Shown: positions 29,788 through 40,246, numbered from the stretch's first letter. The stretch: 64,000 nt of DNA from an uncultured Spirochaetota bacterium (GCA_963745235.1 CAVUXE010000053.1:224001-288000), one strand, 5' to 3'. Notes: generated by a model from the sequence alone, not told the origin. Translations and numbers: made by a program.

Positions 29788-30236
29788 CAATTGCCCTTGG
29801 CGCGGACGATGCGGCCTACGAGCTGAAGGAGATCATCAAGGGTTACCTCGAAGAGAAGCACATCGAGGTGACGGACTACGGTGTCTTCGATACGCGGCCT
29901 TCCCTGTACCCCGACATCGCGTTTGCCGTGGCGGTGGCCATCTCGGAGGGAAAGCACGAACGCGGCATCCTCATGTGCGGGACGGGGCTGGGGATGGCCA
30001 TAACTGCCAACAAGGTGCCGGGCATCCGGGCAGCCACCTGTCATGACACCTACTCTGCGGAGCGCTCCCGCAAGAGCAACAACGCGCAGATCCTGACCAT
30101 GGGCGCACGGGTCATCGGCCCGGAGCTCGCGAAAACGGTGGTGGATGCGTGGCTCAAGTCCGAGTTCCAGGGCGGAGGCTCCACCGCGAAAGTGGAGCGC
30201 ATCTCGGAGTACGAAAAGCGGTTTCTCAGGAAATAA
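29784..30236 (+). CDS. RpiB-family isomerase, DerI-like subgroup
   Basis: CGTGLG, ANKVPGIRA and SNNAQILTMGARVIG motifs. GADDAA replaces the canonical GSDHAG. Confidence 0.85.
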   Translation: MTIALGADDAAYELKEIIKGYLEEKHIEVTDYGVFDTRPSLYPDIAFAVAVAISEGKHERGILMCGTGLGMAITANKVPGIRAATCHDTYSAERSRKSNNAQILTMGARVIGPELAKTVVDAWLKSEFQGGGSTAKVERISEYEKRFLRK

Positions 30237-30241
30237 CCCTC

Positions 30242-31351
30242 CTACAGCAGGCTCTCCACCTCTTCAGCAACGGCGAGGCAGGCGGTAAGTCCGGGGGACT
30301 CCATGCCGATCAGGCTGATCAGTCCCGGAAGCCCCCGGTCGCTTTCCTCGCGGATTGTGAAGTCCCGAAAAGGCTCTCCCTGACGGTACAATTTCGGGCG
30401 GATGCCGGACATGTCGGGGGCAAGATCTTCAAACGAGAGGAAGGGAAGAAACCGGCGGGCCTTCTCGAAGAACGCCTGCTGGTGGCCGGCATCCACGGTG
30501 TAGTCGATGGTGTCCACGTAGTTGGAATCAGGACCGATCTTCAGGCCGCCATCCAGTCCGACAACGACGTGAGCGCCCAGGTGTACCGGGGAGGGGGTCG
30601 GGTAGACGAGGTGACGAATGGCGCCGCGGTACCTGCTCGATATCCGAAAGTACTCACCCTTGCAGGGGTGGATGCGGTAACCGGCGCGGTCCACGTCAAT
30701 TCCGGCCATTGCGGCAATCCCGTCCGCGCTCAGACCGGCGGAGTTGATCACGCATGCCGCGCCAAGGACAACGAGCTCCCCATCCGACTGTCTGATTTCC
30801 ACGGAATACCGCGGGCCTTCCCGGCTGATGCCTGTCACCTCGCTGCCGTACGACACGGTTGCGCCGCGGGAAGCCGCCGAGCGCTCCAGGTACTCCATCA
30901 ATCGATGGCTGTCCACGATGCCGCTTTCCGGACTGTACAGCCCGAGGCACCCGCTCACGCGGGGCTCCCTGTCCGTGATCTCTCTGCTCGGGATCAGGCG
31001 AAGACCAGGGACTCCGTTTTTCTTTCCCTGGTCCAGTATCTGGTGAAGCTTCCCGGACTCCGACTCGTCCGTTGCCACGACTATCTTGCCGGTCTTGCGG
31101 TGCGGAATCCCCGCCCGTGAGCACAGGTCATAGAGAATCGGATTGCCCCGGACGCAGAGCGTCGTCTTCAGGAGGCTCTCGGCATAATACATGCCGCAGT
31201 GGATCACCTCGCTGTTCCGGGAGGACGTTTCACGGCCGAACCCATCGTGGCGTTCGCAGACCACGACGTCCTTCCCGGATCCGGCAAGCCGCTCCGCGAC
31301 GGCGAGGCCGATCACCCCGGCGCCGATGACCAGAATATCTACGGTTTCCAT
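30242..31351 (-). CDS. FAD-dependent oxidoreductase, L-2-hydroxyglutarate oxidase (LhgO)-like
   Basis: GAGVIG, TSSRNSEVIH, KGEYF, GIRPKL and ESPGLTA motifs. Confidence 0.88.
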   Translation of the reverse strand: METVDILVIGAGVIGLAVAERLAGSGKDVVVCERHDGFGRETSSRNSEVIHCGMYYAESLLKTTLCVRGNPILYDLCSRAGIPHRKTGKIVVATDESESGKLHQILDQGKKNGVPGLRLIPSREITDREPRVSGCLGLYSPESGIVDSHRLMEYLERSAASRGATVSYGSEVTGISREGPRYSVEIRQSDGELVVLGAACVINSAGLSADGIAAMAGIDVDRAGYRIHPCKGEYFRISSRYRGAIRHLVYPTPSPVHLGAHVVVGLDGGLKIGPDSNYVDTIDYTVDAGHQQAFFEKARRFLPFLSFEDLAPDMSGIRPKLYRQGEPFRDFTIREESDRGLPGLISLIGMESPGLTACLAVAEEVESLL

Positions 31352-31383
31352 GCTGTAGTATAGTGTACTCCAAGGAGGACGTC

Positions 31384-32415
31384 GTGAAAGCGTTGACGCT
31401 GACGGAGCACGGCAAGCTCGTCTATGGGGACTCGCCGGACCCGCGCTCGGAAGACAACGAGGTGATGGTGGAGGTCAAGGCGTGCGGCATCTGCGGGAGC
31501 GACGTTCACGGCATGGACGGCTCCACCGGCCGTCGGCTCCCTCCGGTCATCATGGGCCACGAGGCCTCCGGTGTGATCACCCGCGTGGGCGCCCGTGTGC
31601 AGGGGTGGCGCGTCGGGGACCCCGTGACGTTCGACTCCACAATCTCCTGCGGGGAGTGCTGGCGCTGCCGGCGCGGGGAGATCAACCTCTGCGAGCGTCG
31701 GCGCGTGCTGGGCGTTTCCTGCGCCGAGTACCGCAGAAACGGCGCCTTCGCGCAGCTGGTGGCGGTCCCGCAGCACATCCTGTATCGCATTCCGCTCGGG
31801 GTTGCGTTTCACCACGCCGCCATGACCGAGCCCCTGTCAGTGGCGTTTCACGCTGTTCGCCTTGCACGGCCCGAGGTGGGAGAATCCGCGGTCGTGGTGG
31901 GGGCAGGCATGATCGGGCTCCTCCTCATCCAGGTCCTCCGCGCCTCCGGGTGCTCCACGATCTTTGCCTTCGATATCGATGAGAACAAGCTGCGTCGCGC
32001 GCGCGAGCTCGGTGCGGACCTCAGTCTCGACTCCCGGTCCGGAGAATCGATCAGGCAGGTGACCGAGCGGACGGAAGGCCGCGGCGCCGACATGGCCTTC
32101 GAAGCCGTGGGAATAACCGCGGCAGTGGGCAGCGCCGTGGAGGCTGTCCGCATGGGCGGAAGAGTGGTCCTGGTGGGAAACCTCTCGCCGAAAATCGAGC
32201 TCGCCCTCCAGTCAATCGTCACCCGCCAGGTCTCCCTGCTGGGCTCCTGCGCCTCCCAGGGGGAATACCCCGCGTGCCTCGAGCTGATTGCGCGCGGCCG
32301 CGTAAACCTGGATTCGTTCATCAGCGCCCGCGCTCCGCTTTCCGAGGGTGCGGTCTGGTTCGACAGGCTCTACCGGCAGGAGCCGGGCCTGATGAAAGTC
32401 ATCCTGGAGCCATGA
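31384..32415 (+). CDS. Zn-dependent polyol/sugar-phosphate dehydrogenase (GatD/iditol dehydrogenase-like)
   Basis: CGSD, GHE, CGECWRC...C and GAGMIG motifs. AGGAGG RBS before GTG. Confidence 0.9.
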   Translation: MKALTLTEHGKLVYGDSPDPRSEDNEVMVEVKACGICGSDVHGMDGSTGRRLPPVIMGHEASGVITRVGARVQGWRVGDPVTFDSTISCGECWRCRRGEINLCERRRVLGVSCAEYRRNGAFAQLVAVPQHILYRIPLGVAFHHAAMTEPLSVAFHAVRLARPEVGESAVVVGAGMIGLLLIQVLRASGCSTIFAFDIDENKLRRARELGADLSLDSRSGESIRQVTERTEGRGADMAFEAVGITAAVGSAVEAVRMGGRVVLVGNLSPKIELALQSIVTRQVSLLGSCASQGEYPACLELIARGRVNLDSFISARAPLSEGAVWFDRLYRQEPGLMKVILEP

Positions 32416-33651
32416 ACAGGCCGCGTGTCGCGATCGGCGCGGATGCGATATCGGACCTGCGCTCTTTCTGCGGGGAGGCAGCTCTCCGCCGCCTTCTTGT
32501 CGTTGCGGACACCAACACCCACGGAGTCCTGGGCAGTGCCGTTGGGGAATCTCTTCGGGGAGCCGGGCTCGACGCGCGATCGGTGATCCTCCCCGGTGAT
32601 GAGGTGGTGGCAGACGCCCATACCATCCTGCAGGTGCTTCTTGCCTTCGACCGACGAGACCAGGCCCTTGTCGCAGTGGGCTCCGGGACCATCACCGACG
32701 TCACCCGGTTCGTCAGCCACAGGGTGGGCGTTCCGTTCATTTCCATGCCGACTGCCCCGTCCGTTGACGGCTTCACCTCCCTCGGCTCGCCCCTCATTGT
32801 CCGCGGAATCAAGACAACGGCCCTCGCGCATCCGCCGTTCGCTATTTTTGCTTCCCTGCCCGTGCTGGCATCCGCCCCTCGCCGCATGATCGCTTCCGGT
32901 TTCGGCGACATGCTGGGAAAGCACACCTCCGTTGCCGACTGGAGGCTGTGTTCCCTCCTGGGGGACATGCCGTTTGATCGGGGAATCGCGGAACGGTGCC
33001 TGGGCGCGGTGCAAAGCTGCGAGGCGGCCGCGGCAGACATTGCCTCCGCTTCCGAACAGGGGGTCCGGCGCCTCCTGGAAGGGCTCCTGGAGTCCGGATT
33101 CTGCATGCTGGATTTCGGAAGCTCTCTTCCGGCCTCGGGGGCCGAGCACCATTATTCGCACTTCTGGGAGATGAAGCTCCTCAGGGAGGGGAAGCCGGCC
33201 GTCCTGCATGGCGCGAAAGTCGGCGTTGCAACAGTCTTCATCGCCGAGCTCTGGGAGAGAATCCGGCAGACCTCCCAGAGCATGGCCTCCCGGCTCCTGC
33301 AGGAGTCCCGGCGGCCGTCTCGTGAGGAGGAGATGCGCCGAATCCGCGGCGCCTATGGGCCCATGGCGGAGGAAGTGGCGGCAACGCAGGCCGGCTTCAT
33401 CGGGATGAGTGACGAAGCCTGGGAACGATTGAAGGAGAAGGTCCTGGTTCGATGGGCCGCGATCCAGGAGATAGCCCGGGACGTGCCCTCCCCTCGGGAT
33501 ATCGTGCAGCTTCTTCGAATGCGTTGGCGGTCCCTCGAGCATGCATGAGCTGGGGCTCCCTGATTCGGATCGTGATGAGGCAGCGCACAGCGCCCATTAC
33601 CTGCGAAACCATTTCACCGTATCGAAGCTGGCCCGTCTCTTGTTCCGCTGA
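32412..33651 (+). CDS. sn-glycerol-1-phosphate dehydrogenase (AraM/EgsA-type), +1 frameshift near 33518
   Basis: GSGTITD, TAPSVDGF, SGAEHHYSHFWE and LHGAKV motifs. C-terminus VGGPSS...HYLRNHFT continues in the shifted frame to TGA 33651. Confidence 0.85.
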
Positions 33652-33724
33652 CCGGGCACAGAGGCAAAGGGGCGCGAGGTTTTCGGACCGGCGGGTGGTA
33701 TCTTTGTTGTGAGGAGGCGCAGCC

Positions 33725-34201
33725 ATGATCTACGGCGCACATGCGCTCGTGTTCTCCCGGGCGCCGGGCGAGGCACGGGCACTCTTGGAAAAAATCCTGG
33801 ACAGCAACAAGGTGGATGCAGGCGGGGGATGGTTGATTTTCGCGCTCCCACCCGCGGAGATCGCGGTCCACCCCACCGATGAGGCGCCGCGGACGGATCT
33901 TTACCTCATGTGCCAGGACATCGAAGAGACAGTTGAGGAGCTGCGGGAGAAGGGCGTGACGTTCTCCCGCGCAATCAAAGAGGTGAGCTGGGGGAGAATA
34001 ACGGCAATTGCGCTCCCCGGCGGCGGCGAGCTCGGTCTCTACCAGCCCCGTCATCAGACCGCGCTGGCTCGGCCCCCCGCTGGCGCACGGACCGCCGCAA
34101 AGGCCCGCAAAAAGGCCAGGCCCGCGTCAAAGGCCAGGCCCGCGTCAAAGGCCAGGACGCCCAGCCGGCCTTCAAGGACCGGTAGTCCGCGGCGGCGCTG
34201 A
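33725..34201 (+). CDS. VOC/glyoxalase-family protein with Lys/Ala/Arg-rich tail
   Basis: GAH...GWLIFALPPAEIAVHP, LYLMC and WG...LYQP motifs. GAGGAGG RBS. Confidence 0.8.
   Translation: MIYGAHALVFSRAPGEARALLEKILDSNKVDAGGGWLIFALPPAEIAVHPTDEAPRTDLYLMCQDIEETVEELREKGVTFSRAIKEVSWGRITAIALPGGGELGLYQPRHQTALARPPAGARTAAKARKKARPASKARPASKARTPSRPSRTGSPRRR
34111..34156 (+). repeat. 18-bp coding tandem repeat x2.5 (KARPAS)
   Basis: AAAGGCCAGGCCCGCGTC repeated. Confidence 0.75.
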
Positions 34202-34588
34202 AGGAGCGGGGATGCGATCCGCCCTGGCCAGGTCCGCCAGGAGGCGGTAGGCTTCCTCGGGATCTGTAGTTTCGCGCAGCAGATCCTCGGTTCTGCACTG
34301 GATCTTGTCCACGAGGGACTCCCATGTGCAGGTGGCTCCTGCCCGGTCCAGCACTTCCTTGCCCAGCCGGCTGAGCACCCCCGCGTGAATCCTTCGGATT
34401 CCCATCCGTATGATGAGAAAGGCCGAGCCCCGGCCAATGATCTTGTCCCGGATCTCCGTCCGCGGCAGGTCGACGTCCCGAGTTCCCAGGAACTGCTCAA
34501 GCTCGAACAGAGGGTGGAGCCACCTGGCCGAGCTCGAAAAAAGCGCGCGGCCATCTATGATAAGCTCCAGCGTGATATTCTCCGCCAT
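34172..34588 (-). CDS. DUF1893-like protein
   Basis: WLHPL, DKIIGRGSA, IHAGVLS and C.TE motifs. Confidence 0.65.
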   Translation of the reverse strand: MAENITLELIIDGRALFSSSARWLHPLFELEQFLGTRDVDLPRTEIRDKIIGRGSAFLIIRMGIRRIHAGVLSRLGKEVLDRAGATCTWESLVDKIQCRTEDLLRETTDPEEAYRLLADLARADRIPAPSAPPRTTGP

Positions 34589-34623
34589 AGGCACTCTGTT
34601 ATACGCTATATTGTTCTTTGTGT

Positions 34624-35172
34624 ATGCACGGAAATGAACGTCGATTCCATGGGGGACCCGAGCGCCTGCGCTCCCCCGAGCGACTGGCGCTTCTGGAAAC
34701 CGCCCGGGTTGTCCAGCTCTGCAGGGAGGGTCTGGATCTGGAGAGCGTTCTGGACGTCGGCACCGGGACAGGGGTCTTTGCGGAGGCCTTCGGCCAGGGG
34801 TCGCTTCGCGTGGCCGGGATCGATCCTGACGCGGATCTCCTTGCCGTCGCGCGGCGCTTCGTTCCCAACGGTGCGTTCCAGGTGGCGGTGGCGGAAAACC
34901 TTCCCTTCGAGGCGGGCTCCTTCGACCTCGTCTTTCTTGGACACGTGCTCCATGAGACCGATGACCCTGTCAGGGCACTTTCGGAGGCACGGCGGGTAGC
35001 GCGCGCGAGGGTTGTCGTCCTTGAATGGCCCTTCAGGGCGGAGGACAGGGGGCCGCCCGTTGCGCATCGCATCTCTCCCGAGCGTGTCCTGGAGGCGGCG
35101 CGAGCAGCTGGCCTGACGTCGATGGAAAGGATTGCGCTGGCGCACATGGACTTCTATCGCGCGGGGGTGTAG
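34624..35172 (+). CDS. Class I SAM-dependent methyltransferase
   Basis: VLDVGTGTG, AENLPF and VLHE motifs. Confidence 0.85.
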   Translation: MHGNERRFHGGPERLRSPERLALLETARVVQLCREGLDLESVLDVGTGTGVFAEAFGQGSLRVAGIDPDADLLAVARRFVPNGAFQVAVAENLPFEAGSFDLVFLGHVLHETDDPVRALSEARRVARARVVVLEWPFRAEDRGPPVAHRISPERVLEAARAAGLTSMERIALAHMDFYRAGV

Positions 35173-36389
35173 AGACTTTCTCCGAGCCACTTCTCCATCC
35201 ATGCAAAAGCCTCCGCCTGCATGGGCTCGTCGAACTTGTGCGGTCCGGGGTGGATGCTCACGGCAAGATGCCCGGGTGCGCCGGCCTTGTCGTATGTTTC
35301 CTCGAGGATCCGAACGGCGCGCTTCGTCTCTTCGTGCGTAAAGAGAGGGTCCTCGGTGGTTGCCATCACGAGGGTCGGCAGGGGCGCGCGGAGCCCGAGG
35401 ACCTCCGGAAAATCCAGAAGCTCGGCAAGGCCCGGCACGTAGATCATCCAGGTGTGTGTGTAGCTCGTGTTGAGAACGAAGTCCCGCCACGTGCTCATGA
35501 ACCCGGCGCTCACGGCGGCCCGGATCCTCCCGTCGAGGCCGGCAAGAAAAGCCGTTCTCAGTCCTCCCCCGGACAACCCTCCGCACCCCAGCCTTTCCGG
35601 GTCCACATCAGGTCGTGAGGCCAGGTAGTCCAGCGCGGCGCGGTCTTCCGCCAGGGTGACCCCTGGCCAGGTCAGCCCCGCGCTGAAAAGGGACTTGGCG
35701 ATGATGCTCTCGTGCTGGGCCGCAAGCGCATTGTAGGCGGCTATCTCTCCCTCCGGCTCCCCCGCGGCCACATCCGGGTGCGCATCCGGTCCCGAGTCCA
35801 CCAGGTCCTCCGGCCGGAGCTCGCGGATTGCGTCCGGCGGGCTCATGAGACGTTGGACGACGAACGGGGGGATGTCCGACGCCAGGATCCGTCGGCTTTC
35901 GAAGGGGAATACGTCGTGCACGAGAACCGCGAAGCCCCTGCGCGCCAGCTCATTTGCCCAGCCGAGCCCGCTGTAGTATTCGTTCTGATGCGTCTCGATC
36001 ACGGGGTGCACCGACGGGCCGATGCGAACGATCTTGCGCTTTCCGAAATACTTGTCGCCGCCGTGGTCATGCAGGGCAAGGACCCCGGGAAGTCTCTTCG
36101 TTGCGCCGCGGGGCCTCAGGAAGTATGCCTGTGTCCGCGGCCCGTACGGCAGCTGCCATGAGAGCTCCTCGATCTCAAGGTCATCCCGGACGGACCGCCC
36201 GTGCACCCGCACGTCTTCGAACCGAACTCCCGCAGGGCCGCAGAGCAGCCCCGTGAGGGCCGTCCGGGCTTTCTCTCTCCACTCATCGAGGTCTGACCAT
36301 CGAGGATTTCGAAAAGAGAGGACCCCCGGGCCTTCACCGAGGCGCGCCGCGGCCCATGGTCCGTACGCTCCGAGCATGTTCCTTTGCAT
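35154..36389 (-). CDS. Alpha/beta hydrolase (dienelactone hydrolase/acetylxylan esterase-like)
   Basis: LHDHGG, GLSGGG nucleophile elbow, EDPLF and GPHKF motifs. Confidence 0.82.
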   Translation of the reverse strand: MQRNMLGAYGPWAAARLGEGPGVLSFRNPRWSDLDEWREKARTALTGLLCGPAGVRFEDVRVHGRSVRDDLEIEELSWQLPYGPRTQAYFLRPRGATKRLPGVLALHDHGGDKYFGKRKIVRIGPSVHPVIETHQNEYYSGLGWANELARRGFAVLVHDVFPFESRRILASDIPPFVVQRLMSPPDAIRELRPEDLVDSGPDAHPDVAAGEPEGEIAAYNALAAQHESIIAKSLFSAGLTWPGVTLAEDRAALDYLASRPDVDPERLGCGGLSGGGLRTAFLAGLDGRIRAAVSAGFMSTWRDFVLNTSYTHTWMIYVPGLAELLDFPEVLGLRAPLPTLVMATTEDPLFTHEETKRAVRILEETYDKAGAPGHLAVSIHPGPHKFDEPMQAEAFAWMEKWLGESLYTPAR

Positions 36390-36513
36390 TCCCGCATAGT
36401 GCCATGAAGCGAGTGATTCGAGAAATGGGGGCGCGGGCACCCTCGAGCTCAGCCAGCAGGGAGCGGCTCATGTTTGCTTTACCGGGCCCACCGCGCGTGG
36501 TATCCTCGGATCC

Positions 36514-38451
36514 ATGGAAAAGACAGTTCTCGGAATGCTCGATCAAGCCGCCGAAAAGTGGGGACCGCTCGGCTACGCGCACAGAAAGACGGATGCCGGA
36601 TGGGTGGCGGTCTCATTTGCCCAGGCGCGCGAGGGTTCCCGGGAGCTCGCCGCCTGGCTCCTTTCCACGGGAGCCCGCCCGGGAGACGCATGTGTCATCA
36701 TTGGGGAGGGCAGCCCGGAGTGGATCATGAGCGAGCTCGGACTTCTCATGGCCGGATGCGTGTCGGTGCCTCTTTCCATAAAGCTCCTCGAGGAAGAGAT
36801 CCCCTTTCGGGTGAACCATTCACAGGCGAAGGCAATCATCACCTCGAAAAACCAGCTCGCCAAGGTCCTTGGCGCGCTGCGGGCAGTGGATGACAGCAAC
36901 CTGCGAATCATCTACCTGGATGACGACCCGGACTGGGCGCGCGAGCAGGCCGCGGCGCACGGCGTGCGCGCGGACAGGGTGACCGGCTTCGAGGAAGCGC
37001 GCCGGGCAGGGCGCGAAGCGATGGCGGGGCAGGGCGCGGAGCTGGACAGGATCCGCGAGGCAATCCGGGAAAGCGACACGGTCACCATTTCCTACACGTC
37101 CGGCACCACGGGAAACCCGAAGGGCATCATGCTCACCCACCTCAATTACTGGACCAACTGTCACGACGCGCAGGATGCGATTGACCTCAAGGCGGGGTGG
37201 CGGAGCCTCGTCATCCTCCCCGTGGATCACTCCTTCGCCCACACCGCGGGGCTCTACACGGCGCTTGTCTGCGGGCTGTCTCTGTATTTCGTGGATTCCC
37301 GCGGCGGCGCAATGGGAACGCTTCGCAACATCCCGATCAATCTCCTGGAGGTCCAGCCGCACTTCATCTTCACGGTTCCCTCGCTCTCCGGCAACCTCAT
37401 GAAGAAGATCGTCGCCGGCATCGAGGAAAAAGGCGGGATCGTGGAGAAGATCTTCAAGGCCGGAATCACGAGCGGCATTGCGTGGAACGGGAACGGGTTC
37501 ACCTCCCCCGGCCTTGCCGCGCGCTTGAAGAGCATGGTCCCCTGCCTTTTGGCCCGGCTCATCGTGTTTCCCGCTGTCAGGAGGAAGGTGTTCGGACGGA
37601 GCATCCAGTACTGCATCGGCGGCGGCGCGCTCCTGGACCTAAAACAGCAGGAGTTCTTTGCCGCTCTGGGGGTGCCCGTGTACCAGGGGTATGGGCTCAC
37701 CGAGGCGGCGCCCGTGATCAGCGCCAACACGCCTCCGCGGCACAAGTTCGGCACATCAGGCGTGCTCATGAGGTCCGTCGAGCTGCGGCTCGTGAAGGCG
37801 GACGGGAGCCTTGCCCCCGTGGGGGAGACGGCGGAGGTGGTGGTGCGGGGCGCAAACGTCATGAAGGGGTATTTCCGCAACCCGGAAGCCACATGCCAGG
37901 CGCTGCGCGAGGGCTGGCTCTATTCGGGAGACCTCGCCTACCGGGACAGGGACGGTTTCCTCGTGGTCGTGGGGAGGGAGAAAGCGCTCCTGATAGCCGA
38001 GGACGGGGAGAAGTACAGCCCGGAGGACATCGAGGAGGCGGTCACCACGTCCACGGACCTCGTGGATCAGATCATGGCGTACTGCGATCACCGCAAGTAC
38101 ACCATTGCGCTGGTCACCCTGGACTCCGCGAAGGTGAAAAGGCTCATGACTGCGCGGGAGATCACCCGCGCTGGAGAGCTCCTGCGGCTTCTGGAAGCCG
38201 AGCTCACGAGATACCGCGCCGACCCCCGGGCCAAGAAGGTCCAGCCGGCCTGGCAACCGATGGTCTTCGAGGTGGTGCCGGAAGCGTTCAACGAGAAGAA
38301 CGGGACCATCAACTCCATGTTGAAGCTCGTTCGGCACAGAATCGTCGACGTCCATCGGGACCTGATCGAATACTGCTATACGAGGGAAGGCTCAACGACG
38401 GAAAACGCGCGGAACGTGGAGGCCCTGAAGGGAATGTTCGACCTTCAGTGA
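36514..38451 (+). CDS. Long-chain fatty acid-CoA ligase (AMP-binding)
   Basis: YTSGTTGNPKG, GYGLTE, SGDL and GREK motifs. Confidence 0.9.
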   Translation: MEKTVLGMLDQAAEKWGPLGYAHRKTDAGWVAVSFAQAREGSRELAAWLLSTGARPGDACVIIGEGSPEWIMSELGLLMAGCVSVPLSIKLLEEEIPFRVNHSQAKAIITSKNQLAKVLGALRAVDDSNLRIIYLDDDPDWAREQAAAHGVRADRVTGFEEARRAGREAMAGQGAELDRIREAIRESDTVTISYTSGTTGNPKGIMLTHLNYWTNCHDAQDAIDLKAGWRSLVILPVDHSFAHTAGLYTALVCGLSLYFVDSRGGAMGTLRNIPINLLEVQPHFIFTVPSLSGNLMKKIVAGIEEKGGIVEKIFKAGITSGIAWNGNGFTSPGLAARLKSMVPCLLARLIVFPAVRRKVFGRSIQYCIGGGALLDLKQQEFFAALGVPVYQGYGLTEAAPVISANTPPRHKFGTSGVLMRSVELRLVKADGSLAPVGETAEVVVRGANVMKGYFRNPEATCQALREGWLYSGDLAYRDRDGFLVVVGREKALLIAEDGEKYSPEDIEEAVTTSTDLVDQIMAYCDHRKYTIALVTLDSAKVKRLMTAREITRAGELLRLLEAELTRYRADPRAKKVQPAWQPMVFEVVPEAFNEKNGTINSMLKLVRHRIVDVHRDLIEYCYTREGSTTENARNVEALKGMFDLQ

Positions 38452-39218
38452 ACGAGCCTCTTCTTCAGGCGCCGGACAGCAAAGAAGCCGGCGACCGCCG
38501 TGAAGGCGGCGATGAAGAAGACATCCACGCCCATCTGAGGCGTTGCCTGCCCGAGATCGAGAGCCCGCGCAAGCCGAACCGCGTGCGTGAGCGGGAAGAT
38601 CTCCGCGACGGGCCGCAGGACCGGGGGAAGGTTCTGAATGGGAAAGACGACCCCTGAGAAGAAGAACATGGGGGACAGGAACCCCGTGAAGTAGAAATTG
38701 AAGTGGTTGATCGTGGTGACGAACGATGTCACCAGGAGCGAGATTGCGGCGAACATCGCCCCCGTGGCGAGCCCGACGAAGCCCGTGAGGAGGCTGAGGG
38801 GCATGGGGACGATCCCGAAGAGAGACTCCACGAAGACCACGGCAAGGCTGAAGAAGAGCCCCTTGCTTCCCGCCCAGAGGATCTCTCCCACCAGCAGGTC
38901 ACGGACGGTGATCGGCGCGGCGAGCATTCCGTCGTAGACGTTGTCGAACTCCATCCTGATGAACGTGCCGAAGGTGCATTCGAACGCCGCGGTGAACATG
39001 GCGGCGGTGATGGGAAGCCCCATTGCCAGGAAGGTGATGTAGGGCATCTGCTGCATGCTTGTCACGTATTTCCCGATGCCCAGGCCGATCCCCGCCAGAA
39101 AGATGAGCGGCTCCAGAAACGGGGGAATGCCGTTGCTCAGGAGGTTCTTCGTATAGACACGATAGTGGCGGTACCATACGCTGGCCACCCGGTGGGAAAG
39201 GGGCGGGTAGTCACTCAT
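38445..39218 (-). CDS. ABC-2 permease (NodJ-like)
   Basis: LEPLIFL, PMFFFSGVVFP and PLTHAV motifs, about 6 TM helices. Confidence 0.85.
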   Translation of the reverse strand: MSDYPPLSHRVASVWYRHYRVYTKNLLSNGIPPFLEPLIFLAGIGLGIGKYVTSMQQMPYITFLAMGLPITAAMFTAAFECTFGTFIRMEFDNVYDGMLAAPITVRDLLVGEILWAGSKGLFFSLAVVFVESLFGIVPMPLSLLTGFVGLATGAMFAAISLLVTSFVTTINHFNFYFTGFLSPMFFFSGVVFPIQNLPPVLRPVAEIFPLTHAVRLARALDLGQATPQMGVDVFFIAAFTAVAGFFAVRRLKKRLVH

Positions 39219-40164
39219 CCAGCGAGGTCCCCGTGGCCTGCAGGAAGAGATCTTCCAGGTTCGTCTCCCGAAGGTGGTGCAGGCCGCCGCCCAGACGCGC
39301 GGAGATTGCGTGGAGCGGTTCCGTCTTTCGGCTGAAAAACCGCACGCTCTCCGGAGCGCGCTCCACGCGCACCCCGGCATCCGCAGGGCCCGTGAGCGCG
39401 GGAATATCGCTGCCCTGCACCTCGAGGACGAACCGCTCGATGCGAGTCTCCACGAGATGCCGCGGGGCGCCTTCCATCACTTTCACGCCCCCGTGCATGA
39501 TGATCACCGAGTCGCACAGGCTGGAGGCCTCTTCCATGTAATGCGTCGTGAGCAGGATGGTGAGGCCGTCCCGCTTGAGCTGGCGAAGCTTGTTCCAGAT
39601 GAGATGCCGCACCTGGGGATCGAGCCCGGTCGTCGGCTCATCCAGGATGAGAAGGCGGGGGTTGTTCAGAAGCGCGCGGGCGATGATCAGCCGCCGTTTC
39701 ATTCCGCCCGACAGCTCCTTGATCTTCACCGCCCGCTTGTCACCGAGCTCCATGAAGGCAAGAAGCTCGGGAATCCTTGCCCGTGCCGCCGCGCGGGGCA
39801 TGCCATAGAGCTTTCCGTATACCCACAGGTTCTGCCAGACATCCAGCTCCTCGTCCAGGTTGTCCTCCTGGGGGACCACGCCGGACTTGACCTTGACGGA
39901 AAGCTCATCCGCACCCGGGTCGTGTCCGAACACCGAGAGGGAGGATCCCGGCGCCGGGTTCCGCAGGCTCTTGGCGTAGACCATCTTGAGCATGGTGGTC
40001 TTCCCCGCTCCGTTGGGCCCCAGGAGCCCGACGCACGAAGCTTCATGGACGTCGAAGCTGAGAGAATTGACGGCGGTGAGCGCGCCGTAGCTCTTGCTGA
40101 CGTTGCGCGCCTGTATGATTGTCCTGGCGGGTGCAGACATTGGTGCGGCAGACGAAGACGACAT
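39211..40164 (-). CDS. ABC ATP-binding protein (NodI-like)
   Basis: GPNGAGKTT, LSGGM, LDEPTTGLDPQ and NLEDLF motifs. Start is uncertain. Confidence 0.88.
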   Translation of the reverse strand: MSSSSAAPMSAPARTIIQARNVSKSYGALTAVNSLSFDVHEASCVGLLGPNGAGKTTMLKMVYAKSLRNPAPGSSLSVFGHDPGADELSVKVKSGVVPQEDNLDEELDVWQNLWVYGKLYGMPRAAARARIPELLAFMELGDKRAVKIKELSGGMKRRLIIARALLNNPRLLILDEPTTGLDPQVRHLIWNKLRQLKRDGLTILLTTHYMEEASSLCDSVIIMHGGVKVMEGAPRHLVETRIERFVLEVQGSDIPALTGPADAGVRVERAPESVRFFSRKTEPLHAISARLGGGLHHLRETNLEDLFLQATGTSLDE

Positions 40165-40246
40165 GCCGGGCACGACAGTCCGCCGGATGAGCGGATGGTG
40201 TCAAGTAGCTTGTGGTTCGTCAGGCGGTTTGATATCCTGTGCATCG

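Noticed and set aside
26043-33651. Archaeal-type ether lipid pathway (UbiA + G1P dehydrogenase)
   Set aside because: No GGGP synthase is present, the genes are 5 kb apart in different units, and the AraM-type gene is coupled to a sugar dehydrogenase.
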